DNA from: a virus
Taxonomy: Duplodnaviria > Caudoviricetes
Reading direction: 5' to 3' (one strand)
Virus record (IMG/VR): IMGVR_UViG_3300020045_001604
Coordinates: 9,788 to 73,787 of that record
DNA: 64,000 nucleotides
Shown here: piece by piece, positions 32,886 to 43,599 of the stretch
Layout: every line of letters starts with the position of its first letter
How positions within the stretch are numbered: the first letter of the stretch is position 1
Notes under the pieces: generated by a model
The model's input: only the letters and a program-made list of their open reading frames with translations
The model's database searches: none
Told to the model about the DNA's origin: nothing
Translations under genes and position numbers: made by a program

Positions 32886-34085
32886 ATGGCAAAGAACAAG
32901 TATCCTAATGAAATGATAGTCATGGTTAACGATCTAGTTACCGGAGGACTATCAGTTACTAAAGCAGTAAAGAGGGCATGTGCATCGTTCGGAATAGAGT
33001 TTACAGACGGAGTGAGACGTACGTTTCATGACGTGGTAAACAGGTCCGATACTAATCAGTACAAGAATGAGGTACAACTATCAGCGATGAAGTCTGACGG
33101 AACTATAATGAATATCGAGGAGTACTGCGTGTACTATGGTATACCATTTGAGCAGGCCAGAACGTATAAGCTAGTTACCCATACGGGAACTCCTTACTAC
33201 AATATTGCTAGTAACATTCTAAAGAATGATGACATTAATAAGTTCTTTGATGATCTACTTAAGGATCTATCAGAACTTCCTAACAAGCCTTCCACTATAG
33301 TAAGACAGCGTCCAGTAGATAATGAAACTTATTTATTAGTTGTTGATCCGGCTGACTGTCATATTGGCAAGTTGTCCATGAGTTTTGAGACTGGAGAGGA
33401 TTATAATAATCAGATCGCAGTCAAAAGAGTTAAGGAGGGAGTGGACGGAATTATAGAGAAGACTAAAGGATTTAATATCGATAAGGTATTATTTATCGGA
33501 GGTAACGACATACTTCACATTGACACGCCAAAAAGAACAACAACATCAGGAACGCCTCAGGACACAGATGGAATGTGGTACAGTAACTTCTTAATTGCTA
33601 AGGAACTATACATAGATGTTCTTACTAGATTAATTCAAGTAGCTGATGTTCACTTTGTTTTCAATCCTTCTAACCACGACTTTACTCACGGATTCTTTTT
33701 GGCTAATGTTATCGAGACGTACTTCAAAGACTGCAAGAACATTACATTCGACTGTGATATTAAGCATAGAAAGTACTTCAGGTACTACGATAACTTAATC
33801 GGAACAAGTCATGGTGACGGAGCTAAGACTCAAGACTTACCGCTACTTATGGCTCAGGAAAGTCCAGAATGGAGCAGTACTAAGCATAGATACATTTATA
33901 CTCATCACGTGCATCATAAAACATCTAAAGACTTTATTGGAGTAACTGTTGAGAGTATGAGAAGTCCAAGTAGCGCAGATGGTTGGCACTCTAGAAATGG
34001 GTACCAATATGCGCCAAAGGCTATTGAGGGATTCTTACATTCTAAAACTCACGGGCAGATTGCTCGTATAGTACACGTGTTCTAA
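32886..34085 (+). CDS. Calcineurin-like metallophosphoesterase with N-terminal extension
   Basis: DCHIGK, GNDILH.D, SNHD, HGD, HHVHH motifs. Confidence 0.8.
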   Translation: MAKNKYPNEMIVMVNDLVTGGLSVTKAVKRACASFGIEFTDGVRRTFHDVVNRSDTNQYKNEVQLSAMKSDGTIMNIEEYCVYYGIPFEQARTYKLVTHTGTPYYNIASNILKNDDINKFFDDLLKDLSELPNKPSTIVRQRPVDNETYLLVVDPADCHIGKLSMSFETGEDYNNQIAVKRVKEGVDGIIEKTKGFNIDKVLFIGGNDILHIDTPKRTTTSGTPQDTDGMWYSNFLIAKELYIDVLTRLIQVADVHFVFNPSNHDFTHGFFLANVIETYFKDCKNITFDCDIKHRKYFRYYDNLIGTSHGDGAKTQDLPLLMAQESPEWSSTKHRYIYTHHVHHKTSKDFIGVTVESMRSPSSADGWHSRNGYQYAPKAIEGFLHSKTHGQIARIVHVF

Positions 34086-34086
34086 G

Positions 34087-34305
34087 ATGAAGACTAGTCT
34101 TAATAAAAAATTAAGAAAAAGATTTCTAGTAGACTACTTTGATGACAGGGTAGTCTTACTAGATCTCAATACATTTGAAGTACACTATGCAACATGTACA
34201 AGGGACGCGCTATACCTTATGTTAATTCAAACCAACGATAAGGAATCATTAAAAAAAATAATTAAGAAAAAGAACTGGACAGCCAGTCATCTAAGAAGAA
34301 CATGA
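34087..34305 (+). CDS. Hypothetical protein
   Basis: ORF track. Confidence 0.55.
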   Translation: MKTSLNKKLRKRFLVDYFDDRVVLLDLNTFEVHYATCTRDALYLMLIQTNDKESLKKIIKKKNWTASHLRRT

Positions 34306-34619
34306 AACAAACATATAGATTACTAGAAACAAATGTAGAGGAATGGGCAGAGGATAAAGGAATATTCTCTAAAGGAAATCCAACCGCTCAGGCACTTAAG
34401 ACGATAGAAGAGTCTAACGAATTGCTAGACGCTATAGACAAAGAGGATAGAGCAGAGATAGTAGATGCTCTAGGTGATATTCTAGTCACACTCATCATTC
34501 AGGCAAAAATGCAAAATTTAGATTTGCTTGAGTGCTTACAATCTGCATATGATGTAATTAGTAAGCGATCAGGAGTTATGAAAGACGGAATGTTTATAAA
34601 AGAGAAAGCCACTAATTAG
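34302..34619 (+). CDS. MazG-like NTP pyrophosphohydrolase
   Basis: W...KG...Q..K..EE..EL......DALGD.LVTL...L.ECL..AY..I..R.G. Confidence 0.85.
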   Translation: MKQTYRLLETNVEEWAEDKGIFSKGNPTAQALKTIEESNELLDAIDKEDRAEIVDALGDILVTLIIQAKMQNLDLLECLQSAYDVISKRSGVMKDGMFIKEKATN

Positions 34620-34626
34620 TGGCTTT
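34605..34626. terminator. Bidirectional terminator containing both convergent stop codons
   Basis: aaagccact-aatt-agtggcttt palindrome. Confidence 0.75.
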
Positions 34627-37600
34627 TCTCATTCTCATTCTCATTCTATAAGCCTCTGGATTTTTAATCTTAAGCTCTTCGTCACTTAAAGGAATTTGTT
34701 TTATTTTTATATCCTTAAAATTACCTGTGGCTATATTTCGAATTACATTTTTACCTACCTTAGATCTTCTCATTTCTGATCTAAGATCCTTAGGTAATGT
34801 TCCAAAGTACGTAGCAGCGTCGTAATCTTTTTTAAGATCTTTGTATAACTTCAATGTTTCTGAATTAGATTGCTCATAAGCCTTATCCATTTCTTCTTTA
34901 GTTATTTTCTTGTCTGAAAATTGACGTGCAGCTTTAGTGTAAATTTTTCTAGCTGAAAGTTCATTCTCTTTCATGTCGTATATCTTAAATGAAAACTGTT
35001 TTTTAAGATCAACATCTATAGCTTTATAACCTGTAAACTGTCCAGCCATCTCATTAAGCATGTCGTCCGATTCCGAAATTTTTCTAGCTGACGTTACGGA
35101 TCCTGGTTCAAATGTTTTATAAACCCTAGAAAGAATAGCTTCTGACTTCTTTTCAAAACTATCATTCTCGTTATACAGTTCATTTCCGTAAGCATCCTTA
35201 TTTTCAGATATTTCAGTAAACATAGACTTAAGGATGTCAGGGTTAGTAAAAGGAGCCATAAGTTCCTTTAAACCATCTACAAATCCGTCTAGTAAATTAT
35301 CTCCAGACATCATAGCATTAAGTGGTTTAACAATTCCTCCAAATGGATCAGATGCGCTGATATCTATATAGCTAAACTTACCATCACCTTGATTCTTAAC
35401 TATTATGTTAGAATTTTTAGACCATGGGGCTACATATCTCTTAGCGTTCTCTTTTTCTTTATCCTCGTCATCTCCAGCAACAGCACCGCCAATCAAGTAC
35501 ATTACCCCGTACTTAACAGCCTGAGAGGCTATTATACCTGCTAGTCTTTGAGCCCCAATCTTTCTTATTTCTGGATTACTTGACTTTATCTCGTCTTTAG
35601 CTAGGTTAACAATGTTGTACGCTGTTCTTAAGGCCTCAGATTGAAACGAAACAAACGTGCCAACAACAGGGAAGGCTTTAATTAACTTAACGGCTCCAGG
35701 AACCCTTCCGTAATTTGGAAGGTTATTCTTTACTATCTCAGAAACCTTGTTAACTATTTCTTTTTGTTGGTTAGCATCTAACTCTGAAAAATCTTTCTTG
35801 TAAATAGCCTTTGCGTATCTATTTTTTTCTGTTTCGTATGCAACGATTTTAAAGTAGTCATCCTCGGCTTGATAAGCATTTTCAGCTAACGACATTCCTT
35901 TTTTACCGTAACGCTTAATAGTGTTCAATAACTTTTGTCCTTTGTTAAGGTTTTTATCAACCATCCTTCTATCAAAAGTTTTGTCAAAGTCAGGATCCTT
36001 AAACATATCCCTTAACTCACCAAGAACAGCACTCTGATCTACTATTCCAGCCTCAGTGTACTCCTTCATTTTTTCTCTAAGCTCTTTGTCTGACTTATTT
36101 AAAAAGTCATTATAGATTACCTTAGCAGACTTTCTATACTCATCTGGTTTAAAATATCCGTTAGCTAACATAAAGGTTATGTTACCTGTTAAGTTTTTAA
36201 AGTGAGTACCTACAGACGCTATAGTCTTTAACCATTTTACAGATCCAAGGGCCTTCATGTAGTATTCATAAACGTTCTTCACGGGTTTTGATATCTCAAA
36301 AGGAAGTGCTACGTCTATACTGTTTAACAGACCGGCAGACTCTTTTAAAGAAGCTGCTATTTCTTTAGTGGTGTACATTCCATTTAATGGGTTCATTGTT
36401 TCACTACCCTCAGCAGCTATTTGAGTGTCAAATTCTTTAGGTCTATTGATATCGTCCTTTTCAAATAAAAACACTCCGGTACCGTTTTCTTTGACAGTAT
36501 TTAAAAACTTAGCGTTACTTATTAAGGAAGCTATTTTAAAAATAGTTCTTGAATAGTTCTGAGCAGGATCTGTATATTCCCCCATTAACGCCCTAATTTC
36601 TAACGGAATATCTGTTTTTTGTTTAAGTATAGACACATCTTTAGAACCAGTCTTACCAGCAGAAATAAAAGACTCGGCACCTTCTCTATCTATAAGGTCG
36701 TTTATAGCTAAATCTACTTTATTCTCTAAGACAGAATCAACGTCTAATCCACTTTTATCAGCCTCCTTAATAGCTTCAGATAGTAACTGCTTTTTTAAGA
36801 AGTTTCTTGCTGCTTGAATAACTTCCTTGTCTACCTGTTCAGCCCAATCCTTTTTATCGAATACTTCGTATGAACGAGTCAAATACGATCCGATATTTTT
36901 TGTTATGTTATCAGCCTGATATTCATCAACAGCTCCAGACTTTATAAGCATTTCTGATAAGTTATCAATATGGTTCCTCATGTCAGAACCTATAAAAATA
37001 AACTCATCCGGCAATTCAACTTCTTCTCCTCTGATAAACTTATCGAAGTCAGAGATTAATTTATCCTTATCTCCTTTATAATTCTTTAATGCATTGTCAA
37101 AGTCTTTTACTAAGTAAGCCGCTTGTTTAGATTGAGTTTTTATACCAGACTCAATTCCTTCTTTAGCTATAAAAACAGACTTAGGCAAGAACGCTCTAGC
37201 CGAAGTAAACCTTCTTTTTACTGAGTCTAAAAACGTAATAACATTGTTTCTGCCTTCTCTAGTAAAAACACCTTCTGCCTTTTGACCTTGAACAGCCTTA
37301 TCTTTACTGTATTTTAATAACGCATCTGTAATTTGTTTTACGGTAAACCCTTTAGATTGCAGGTAAGTTGAAATAGCCTTATCAGTTTTACCAGCGTCCT
37401 TAGCTTTTTTTATAGCGCTTAGTAATGGAGATTGAGTTTGTTTTCTTTTTGCTATCTCTCTGATAACACCTGTTTCAGCTGCAATTATTTTTGTTTGCTG
37501 AGATTTAGTTTTATCTTCTCTACCCTCTACTAAGTCTTTATATTTAGCTTTTAATTCATCAGGCATTATATCCCATGAATTTATTTTTTTATCAGGCACC

Positions 37601-40600
37601 CCTATTACTTCTCCTAAAATAGAGGTTTCGTAAGTAGAGTGAATAGCTTTACCTCCTAGTCCTGTAGGCTTTCCAACCAACATAATATCATTTTGAGAGA
37701 AATTATTATCTTTATAAAATCCATCTCTCAATTCATTGTAATCCACAAAAGCATTATATGAATTTAATAATTCTTTTAAAGAACCTTTAGGCATTGTCTT
37801 AGAGCTTCCGACTTTATTTATAGCAATTAAAAAAGGTTTTCTTTTAGAACTACTAGATAATTCGTCAAAAGAACTTACGCTATTTAACGCATCTTTTATT
37901 ACCTTTAATTCATTAGTCTCTTTACTAAATTTGTTTATAGATTTTTTAAATTCATCAAAACTAGAAGTGCTATTTATTCTAGAAGCAGTTAAATCTAAAA
38001 CCCTTTTATTAAATAGCTTTGCTTTCTCCGGAGATCCGCTTATAAAAAATATGTAGTCAGAATTATTTATTTGAGACTGAAGTGTTTTTTCCGACAAACC
38101 GCTAGCCCATAATGCATTATTATCTCTGTTTGCAGGATCTAATGCAAACGAAGGTCCAGCATCTAAATAATGTTCTCCATCTATTACAGCATCGTAATAA
38201 TTACCTCTACCAAGTTGGTCTGCCATCCAGAACCAGACTTTTTGTCCTTTATCTGATATTTCATTTATTAACTTATCTATGTCTATGATATCAGATTGTT
38301 TTACAAATGAAAGCTTATGTTCTCCTACTTTTACAGGAGATCCGGATTTAGACTGTCTAATTTCTGTAGGTTCTGATATATAAGTAGAAGCGCCATATTT
38401 TAAAGCTTTCACATCAGTTTCAGTAATAACCTCCCCAGTAGAAACCTTACCAGAAATTGCGTTTAATAGATCAACAACTTCATTATCAGTAAATTGTTTT
38501 AGTCCAAATAATTTAGCTATCTCATCTAACCACTGCTTAATCAAGTTTTTGTTTGGTTTAGATAACGACTCGTAATTGTCGGCTAAGTATCCTACAAGTT
38601 CAGCTAACTTTTCTTCATTCCAAAGTTCTTTTTGGTCGTCATATCCATTCTCTACAAACTCCTGTAACTTAACTTTTAATTCAGGAGACACAGACTTCGT
38701 TACGGAGTTGATCATATTTAACGTTACCTTAGCGGCGTTAATATCAGTCTTTACTGCGTTTAAAAGTATAGCATGGAACACCTCATGAGCCACGGTTCTA
38801 CCGTTAGCTTTACTAGGGTTTATATGTATTTTATTCCCTATAAACGCACCGTTACTTTTAACTTCGTTATCAATCTCACCTACAGACTCGGCATATAAAT
38901 CTTCGTTGTCATAAAGTACCACGTCTACTTTAGGAAGTATTTTAGATAACGCTATTTTTGCTTTTGAAACCAGTGTAGGCATGTCTTTTGATATAGCAAC
39001 ATCTTCACTCTCATCAAAAAATTTAGTTAAATCTTCAGAGTCTTTAACGTTTTGTTTTGCCTGGTCAACAAATGAATCTCTGTAAGCCATAGCTTCGTCA
39101 TAATCATCAAATGTTTTTTCTTCAATATCCAACTCATTATTAGGATCGTAAACCATAGCAACTACATCAGGCGTCCCATGTTTTTCTTTATTCCATCCCT
39201 GTAAATCACCAGCATACTCCTCGTTAAAAGGAACCCTAGAAACAATTTTAAAACCGGCCTTCTCGTATTGTTTAGTAAGGTATCCGTCAAAATTATCCAA
39301 CTTAATACCACCTGCATCCACGGCTTTACTTAGTAAGTCCTGAGCGACTCCTTTAGTTTTAGACGTTAATTTCTTAAACAATCCAGCTATATCACCATCA
39401 GGTTTAACCAGTGCAGATCCATCTTCAGTGTCTATAATAGTTCCTTTAGCAGCATCCTCAGGAGATACCTCACTTACAGACCAATATGCTTCAGGATCAG
39501 ACTCTTTTGTTTTAGTAAGTTCTTCAACGTACGCCTGTGGTGTAACTTCAGTAGTAGGCGATACTGTTTCTTCAACAGTAGTTTCTACCTCTGTAGCTTC
39601 AACAGGAGTAACTTCTTCTATTTTTTGCTTTTGTTCTGTAGTGACTCTATTTTCAACATAAGTTCCGTCTAATATAGAGTTTTTTAATTGAACATTCTCT
39701 ATAGCTTGATTTTTTAAATCAGACAATAGTATAGACTTAGTTTCATCAGTTATATCTTCAGATTCATTTATTTCTTTAGCTTTAGACTTTAAAGAGTCTA
39801 TAGTATTGGTAGCAGATATAAGTTTATCTTTTACCTCTGAGCTAAGAGAATCTATTTTAGAAATATCTTCCTGTACGTACTTTTCATTTTCAAGTACTAA
39901 CTTCTCTATTTTAGAATTTATCTCTTGTTTTATTTCTGGAGATATATTTTGATTTTCTAACTGTGATTGAAGGTCAAATATGTTTTTTACATTTTCTTTT
40001 ATTTTTTTTTGATCCTGATAGTTTATAGTATTTTTTATACCTGTCAAACCAGTTCCAAAAACCGCACCTCCAAAAGTACCTCCTAAAAAAGCGTCAGATC
40101 CGCCTTCAAACACGTTATAATCAATCGGTTTTACTCCAGTAGCAACATCAATTGAATTTTCAGCCACAAGGCTACTCCATTCTTCTATACCCTCACCTAA
40201 TGTAGATGCAGTAAGCGGATTTTTTTCTAATGCAGATTTATAATATTTCTGTAACCCGTCTTTTAGTATTGATAAAGCTTTAGGCTTTCCTTCTCTAGCA
40301 ACTAATGCTTTTGCTGCAGAACCAATACTTGCAGATCCTAAAGTTTCAGTCGCTGCCTGTGCAAAACCAGTTGCTAATGAATTGGCTACCCTAGCATTTG
40401 TAGATAACTCAGGATGATCTTTTTTTAACTGTTCATTTTTATTTGCTCCAAATATCATTGTAGATGTAGCAAGTATTTGAGGAGCTTTAGCGTAAGCTCC
40501 ACCAACCATTATAGCAGCTGTAGTGGGTAATGACTCTGCAAAACTAGATGTTAATTGATCAAATCCAGCTCCATAATTTCCATTAACAAAAGAATCGTAT

Positions 40601-41292
40601 ACTCCTTGAGAATATTGTTGATCTAATTCTTTAGATTTAGCGCTTAATTCAGAAACTTGAGACGAATAATAGTCTTTAACTGAGTTATGAATATTCATAT
40701 TTTTTTTAAAAGACTCTGAGTCGGCCTTTAAAGAAGGTATGTCAAATATGCTAGCAATAGCATTTTGAGGAGCAGCTGCTACTTCATAAATTAATTCAGG
40801 TACAGACGCTATGTCAACACCTAGTTGAGAAGATCCGGTAGCTATTTTATCTACTAGCTTAGATCCTATATTTCTATACTCTTTAGGTTTGAATTTAGCA
40901 TTTTTTATTTTTGCTTGAATTTCTTTGTTTATTATAGGCTGTTTTTTTGGCGCCTGTTTTAACGCCTCCTCGGCAGTAATATCTACGCCAAGTGTGCGCA
41001 TTTTAGGTTGCTCTCCATTTGAAATAACCGATTCCTGTTGAGGTATCTGTTGATCTATAACCAACGAAGTATACGCATCCTTTGGCTGTGAATTTGATCC
41101 CCACACTTCTTCTTGAGAAGTAGGTTGAGACGATTCTTTTTTTTTTTCTTCACCACTTGAACCGTATTTATCTTTAAAGTCTTCGACAACAAACTTAATG
41201 TTACTTTCTGATTCTTTATTGCTGATCATTTTTTGAACTATACCGTCTAGTTTAGCTCTGTCTTGTTGCGATAATATTTTGTTATCTGGCAT
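34612..41292 (-). CDS. Large internal/ejected virion protein (polyvalent: GNAT-like, HExxH peptidase, helical C-terminus)
   Basis: 2226 aa at the end of the virion operon; HEVFH at 38773-38787 with later EEKLAE; LDNFDG.L..Y...GF...FN..Y...W...PDVV.M segment. Confidence 0.7.
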   Translation of the reverse strand: MPDNKILSQQDRAKLDGIVQKMISNKESESNIKFVVEDFKDKYGSSGEEKKKESSQPTSQEEVWGSNSQPKDAYTSLVIDQQIPQQESVISNGEQPKMRTLGVDITAEEALKQAPKKQPIINKEIQAKIKNAKFKPKEYRNIGSKLVDKIATGSSQLGVDIASVPELIYEVAAAPQNAIASIFDIPSLKADSESFKKNMNIHNSVKDYYSSQVSELSAKSKELDQQYSQGVYDSFVNGNYGAGFDQLTSSFAESLPTTAAIMVGGAYAKAPQILATSTMIFGANKNEQLKKDHPELSTNARVANSLATGFAQAATETLGSASIGSAAKALVAREGKPKALSILKDGLQKYYKSALEKNPLTASTLGEGIEEWSSLVAENSIDVATGVKPIDYNVFEGGSDAFLGGTFGGAVFGTGLTGIKNTINYQDQKKIKENVKNIFDLQSQLENQNISPEIKQEINSKIEKLVLENEKYVQEDISKIDSLSSEVKDKLISATNTIDSLKSKAKEINESEDITDETKSILLSDLKNQAIENVQLKNSILDGTYVENRVTTEQKQKIEEVTPVEATEVETTVEETVSPTTEVTPQAYVEELTKTKESDPEAYWSVSEVSPEDAAKGTIIDTEDGSALVKPDGDIAGLFKKLTSKTKGVAQDLLSKAVDAGGIKLDNFDGYLTKQYEKAGFKIVSRVPFNEEYAGDLQGWNKEKHGTPDVVAMVYDPNNELDIEEKTFDDYDEAMAYRDSFVDQAKQNVKDSEDLTKFFDESEDVAISKDMPTLVSKAKIALSKILPKVDVVLYDNEDLYAESVGEIDNEVKSNGAFIGNKIHINPSKANGRTVAHEVFHAILLNAVKTDINAAKVTLNMINSVTKSVSPELKVKLQEFVENGYDDQKELWNEEKLAELVGYLADNYESLSKPNKNLIKQWLDEIAKLFGLKQFTDNEVVDLLNAISGKVSTGEVITETDVKALKYGASTYISEPTEIRQSKSGSPVKVGEHKLSFVKQSDIIDIDKLINEISDKGQKVWFWMADQLGRGNYYDAVIDGEHYLDAGPSFALDPANRDNNALWASGLSEKTLQSQINNSDYIFFISGSPEKAKLFNKRVLDLTASRINSTSSFDEFKKSINKFSKETNELKVIKDALNSVSSFDELSSSSKRKPFLIAINKVGSSKTMPKGSLKELLNSYNAFVDYNELRDGFYKDNNFSQNDIMLVGKPTGLGGKAIHSTYETSILGEVIGVPDKKINSWDIMPDELKAKYKDLVEGREDKTKSQQTKIIAAETGVIREIAKRKQTQSPLLSAIKKAKDAGKTDKAISTYLQSKGFTVKQITDALLKYSKDKAVQGQKAEGVFTREGRNNVITFLDSVKRRFTSARAFLPKSVFIAKEGIESGIKTQSKQAAYLVKDFDNALKNYKGDKDKLISDFDKFIRGEEVELPDEFIFIGSDMRNHIDNLSEMLIKSGAVDEYQADNITKNIGSYLTRSYEVFDKKDWAEQVDKEVIQAARNFLKKQLLSEAIKEADKSGLDVDSVLENKVDLAINDLIDREGAESFISAGKTGSKDVSILKQKTDIPLEIRALMGEYTDPAQNYSRTIFKIASLISNAKFLNTVKENGTGVFLFEKDDINRPKEFDTQIAAEGSETMNPLNGMYTTKEIAASLKESAGLLNSIDVALPFEISKPVKNVYEYYMKALGSVKWLKTIASVGTHFKNLTGNITFMLANGYFKPDEYRKSAKVIYNDFLNKSDKELREKMKEYTEAGIVDQSAVLGELRDMFKDPDFDKTFDRRMVDKNLNKGQKLLNTIKRYGKKGMSLAENAYQAEDDYFKIVAYETEKNRYAKAIYKKDFSELDANQQKEIVNKVSEIVKNNLPNYGRVPGAVKLIKAFPVVGTFVSFQSEALRTAYNIVNLAKDEIKSSNPEIRKIGAQRLAGIIASQAVKYGVMYLIGGAVAGDDEDKEKENAKRYVAPWSKNSNIIVKNQGDGKFSYIDISASDPFGGIVKPLNAMMSGDNLLDGFVDGLKELMAPFTNPDILKSMFTEISENKDAYGNELYNENDSFEKKSEAILSRVYKTFEPGSVTSARKISESDDMLNEMAGQFTGYKAIDVDLKKQFSFKIYDMKENELSARKIYTKAARQFSDKKITKEEMDKAYEQSNSETLKLYKDLKKDYDAATYFGTLPKDLRSEMRRSKVGKNVIRNIATGNFKDIKIKQIPLSDEELKIKNPEAYRMRMRMRKATN

Positions 41293-41295
41293 AAT

Positions 41296-42735
41296 TTAGT
41301 AATTATATTTAGATCTAAGATTTTCTGTTGATGCAGTGCTTTTGCCTTTTGAAGGAGTAAATCCTAAAGTTTGTTTAGCTGATTCAATATTTTCAAACCC
41401 TCCACCAACAAAACGAAGTCTTTCGTTAATATTATTCCTGTCTTTATCTTCATAAACAGTTACGGTTTCTTTATTTTTATAACTGGTTCTATTTCCAGAA
41501 TCAAAGTCTTCATATCCGCTAGTTCCGTTATATTTAGTATACGTAACAAATAACTTACCGTTACTAATACCAACCCTATTAACTTGTTCTACCACTCCAG
41601 GAGCTCTTTTAATAGTAACACCAGACACAGGTACAACCTTACCTATAGTCCTATCTTTTGTGTTTATATAAGACGGTTCTCCAATAAATGGAACCTTACT
41701 CATGTCTTTAGGTTTTCCACCGCCACTACTAGGAGCAAATCCATGCCAAGTCCCCTCTTGCTGTTTTAAGGTTTGATTTATCTTAGCAAGTATAGCATTT
41801 TTAACTATATTTTCAGACTCTTTCACTTGTTCTTCAGTAAGAACAGGTATATTAACACCTGTAGACAAATCCTTTTTAACAACTATACTGTCCTTATCTT
41901 TAGCATTAGGATCTGAAGTTAAGGTATAAGAACTGCCAGCTCTATCGCCTAGTATACTGGCCTGTTTAGTTGGATTTGACGCTATAGAAGCGGCAGTTTC
42001 ATCTAAGAATTTTTTAAACTCAGGCTTAGATTGAATATTGTCAATTGTCCATATACCTCCAGCTGGTGGATTTTTAAGTATATACTCATACTTTCCTATA
42101 TCCTTAGATCTCTTATCTGCCTCTGCTAGATAATCAAATTTTAACGGCATATCGGCCTGAGATAGCATCCATCTAGGACTGTCTAACTTTGACATATCAG
42201 CCTTACCGTTAGCGTCCATTGGAGCCACGTACATTAAACCTGTTGCTGGATCAACGTAAGGAATCTTATTTTTCAAGTCTAAAGAATTTCCTAGCTGACC
42301 CATATTGTAATCTGCTAAAAATGAAGTTTTACCTTCCTCAGATAACTTAGCGTACTCCTCTTGTATCTTAGCTACGCTTTTACCTAAGGCATCAAATTCA
42401 CTAAATCCAGTACTAATGTTTTGCTTTATAATGTTATACTGCTTTGCATTTATTTTACCAGAGGTGTATAACTTGTAAGCGTCATTATTTATCTCCTTAG
42501 CCTTATAAACGCTATTAGTTAAAAACCCGTTAACATCTTGACTTCTACTTAAACTTATTTTGTTTAACTCCTTGTTAAGATCTGCGTTTTCCTTAGATTG
42601 TTTATCTCTAGCGGCTTGTCGTTGCTGTTCTTGTTGTATTATAGTATCCTGAACATCAGTAATAACAGAACCCCAATCAAGTGTTGGGTTAGCTTTTACA
42701 TTGGCTGGATTTACGTATCCTAAAAATTCCGGCAT
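41296..42735 (-). CDS. Putative ejection/internal virion protein
   Basis: Position between the small and large ejection-type genes; coiled N-terminus. Confidence 0.55.
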   Translation of the reverse strand: MPEFLGYVNPANVKANPTLDWGSVITDVQDTIIQQEQQRQAARDKQSKENADLNKELNKISLSRSQDVNGFLTNSVYKAKEINNDAYKLYTSGKINAKQYNIIKQNISTGFSEFDALGKSVAKIQEEYAKLSEEGKTSFLADYNMGQLGNSLDLKNKIPYVDPATGLMYVAPMDANGKADMSKLDSPRWMLSQADMPLKFDYLAEADKRSKDIGKYEYILKNPPAGGIWTIDNIQSKPEFKKFLDETAASIASNPTKQASILGDRAGSSYTLTSDPNAKDKDSIVVKKDLSTGVNIPVLTEEQVKESENIVKNAILAKINQTLKQQEGTWHGFAPSSGGGKPKDMSKVPFIGEPSYINTKDRTIGKVVPVSGVTIKRAPGVVEQVNRVGISNGKLFVTYTKYNGTSGYEDFDSGNRTSYKNKETVTVYEDKDRNNINERLRFVGGGFENIESAKQTLGFTPSKGKSTASTENLRSKYNY

Positions 42736-42760
42736 AATTTATTTATTTATTTATTTTTAA

Positions 42761-43597
42761 TTAACCAGGCATTCTAAAGCCAGCTAGAACATTATTAGTA
42801 CTTCCTAATAATTGAGATTCCATGCTTGGATTTGCTAATGACCCCCAACTATATTGTTTATATAATGGATTTAAAGATCCAGATGTAGCCGATTGTAATT
42901 GAGATGCTACGTTAGGTCCTGAACTTACAATTCCAGAAGGTGTCAAAACGGTAGACATATCAGTATTGTTAGAATTTATATCTGTTTTAGAATACTCAGG
43001 TATCATTCCGGTAAGGCCGGTTAGTAATTTACCTCCAGCAGCTAATGCACCTTGCTGTTGCTGTAGTGCAGCGGCTCTTGCTGCTGCTGATGCTTGTTGT
43101 GCTCCAGCTAATCTTTGACCTTCAAGCGCTGCTAATTGATCAGCATTTTGCCCAGCCTCGTTTGCTTGTAACTTACCTAAATTAAATAAGTCTTGACCTA
43201 ACGCCTCTCTTGTTTTAGCTTCCTGTTCTGCCGCTACAGCCTGAACTTTACCAACTCCACCAAGCAATAATCTAGGATCACCTTCTTGAAGAGCAGACAT
43301 GGCTTGCTGTTGCTGAGCTGTAGTTTCTCTAAACTCTCTATCGTATGCTTGCATAGGAACCTGTAAAGCCTCGAAAAAGTTCTGGCCTAATAATCGTTCT
43401 TGTTCTGCCGCTGCTTTTTCAGCCTCTCTATCAGCTGCTCTTTGTAGTTCTTTTTGCTTACTAGCCTCAACTAGCCCAGTAGCTATATTCGCCGCTCCTA
43501 AACCAAGTGATACCCAAGGCATCGCTGCACTTGCCGCTCCTGCCAAACCACCCCCTGCGCTTGCTACTCCTGTAGCTCCTGCTGCTGCTTGTCCCAT
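42761..43597 (-). CDS. Putative small ejection/pilot protein
   Basis: Ala/Gly/Gln-rich, hydrophobic N-terminus, as in P22 gp7/T7 gp14-like proteins. Confidence 0.6.
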   Translation of the reverse strand: MGQAAAGATGVASAGGGLAGAASAAMPWVSLGLGAANIATGLVEASKQKELQRAADREAEKAAAEQERLLGQNFFEALQVPMQAYDREFRETTAQQQQAMSALQEGDPRLLLGGVGKVQAVAAEQEAKTREALGQDLFNLGKLQANEAGQNADQLAALEGQRLAGAQQASAAARAAALQQQQGALAAGGKLLTGLTGMIPEYSKTDINSNNTDMSTVLTPSGIVSSGPNVASQLQSATSGSLNPLYKQYSWGSLANPSMESQLLGSTNNVLAGFRMPG

Positions 43598-43599
43598 AA

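Noticed and set aside
34612-41292. Virion RNA polymerase
   Set aside because: No recognisable catalytic DxDxD/DFDID motif; motifs seen are peptidase- and GNAT-like
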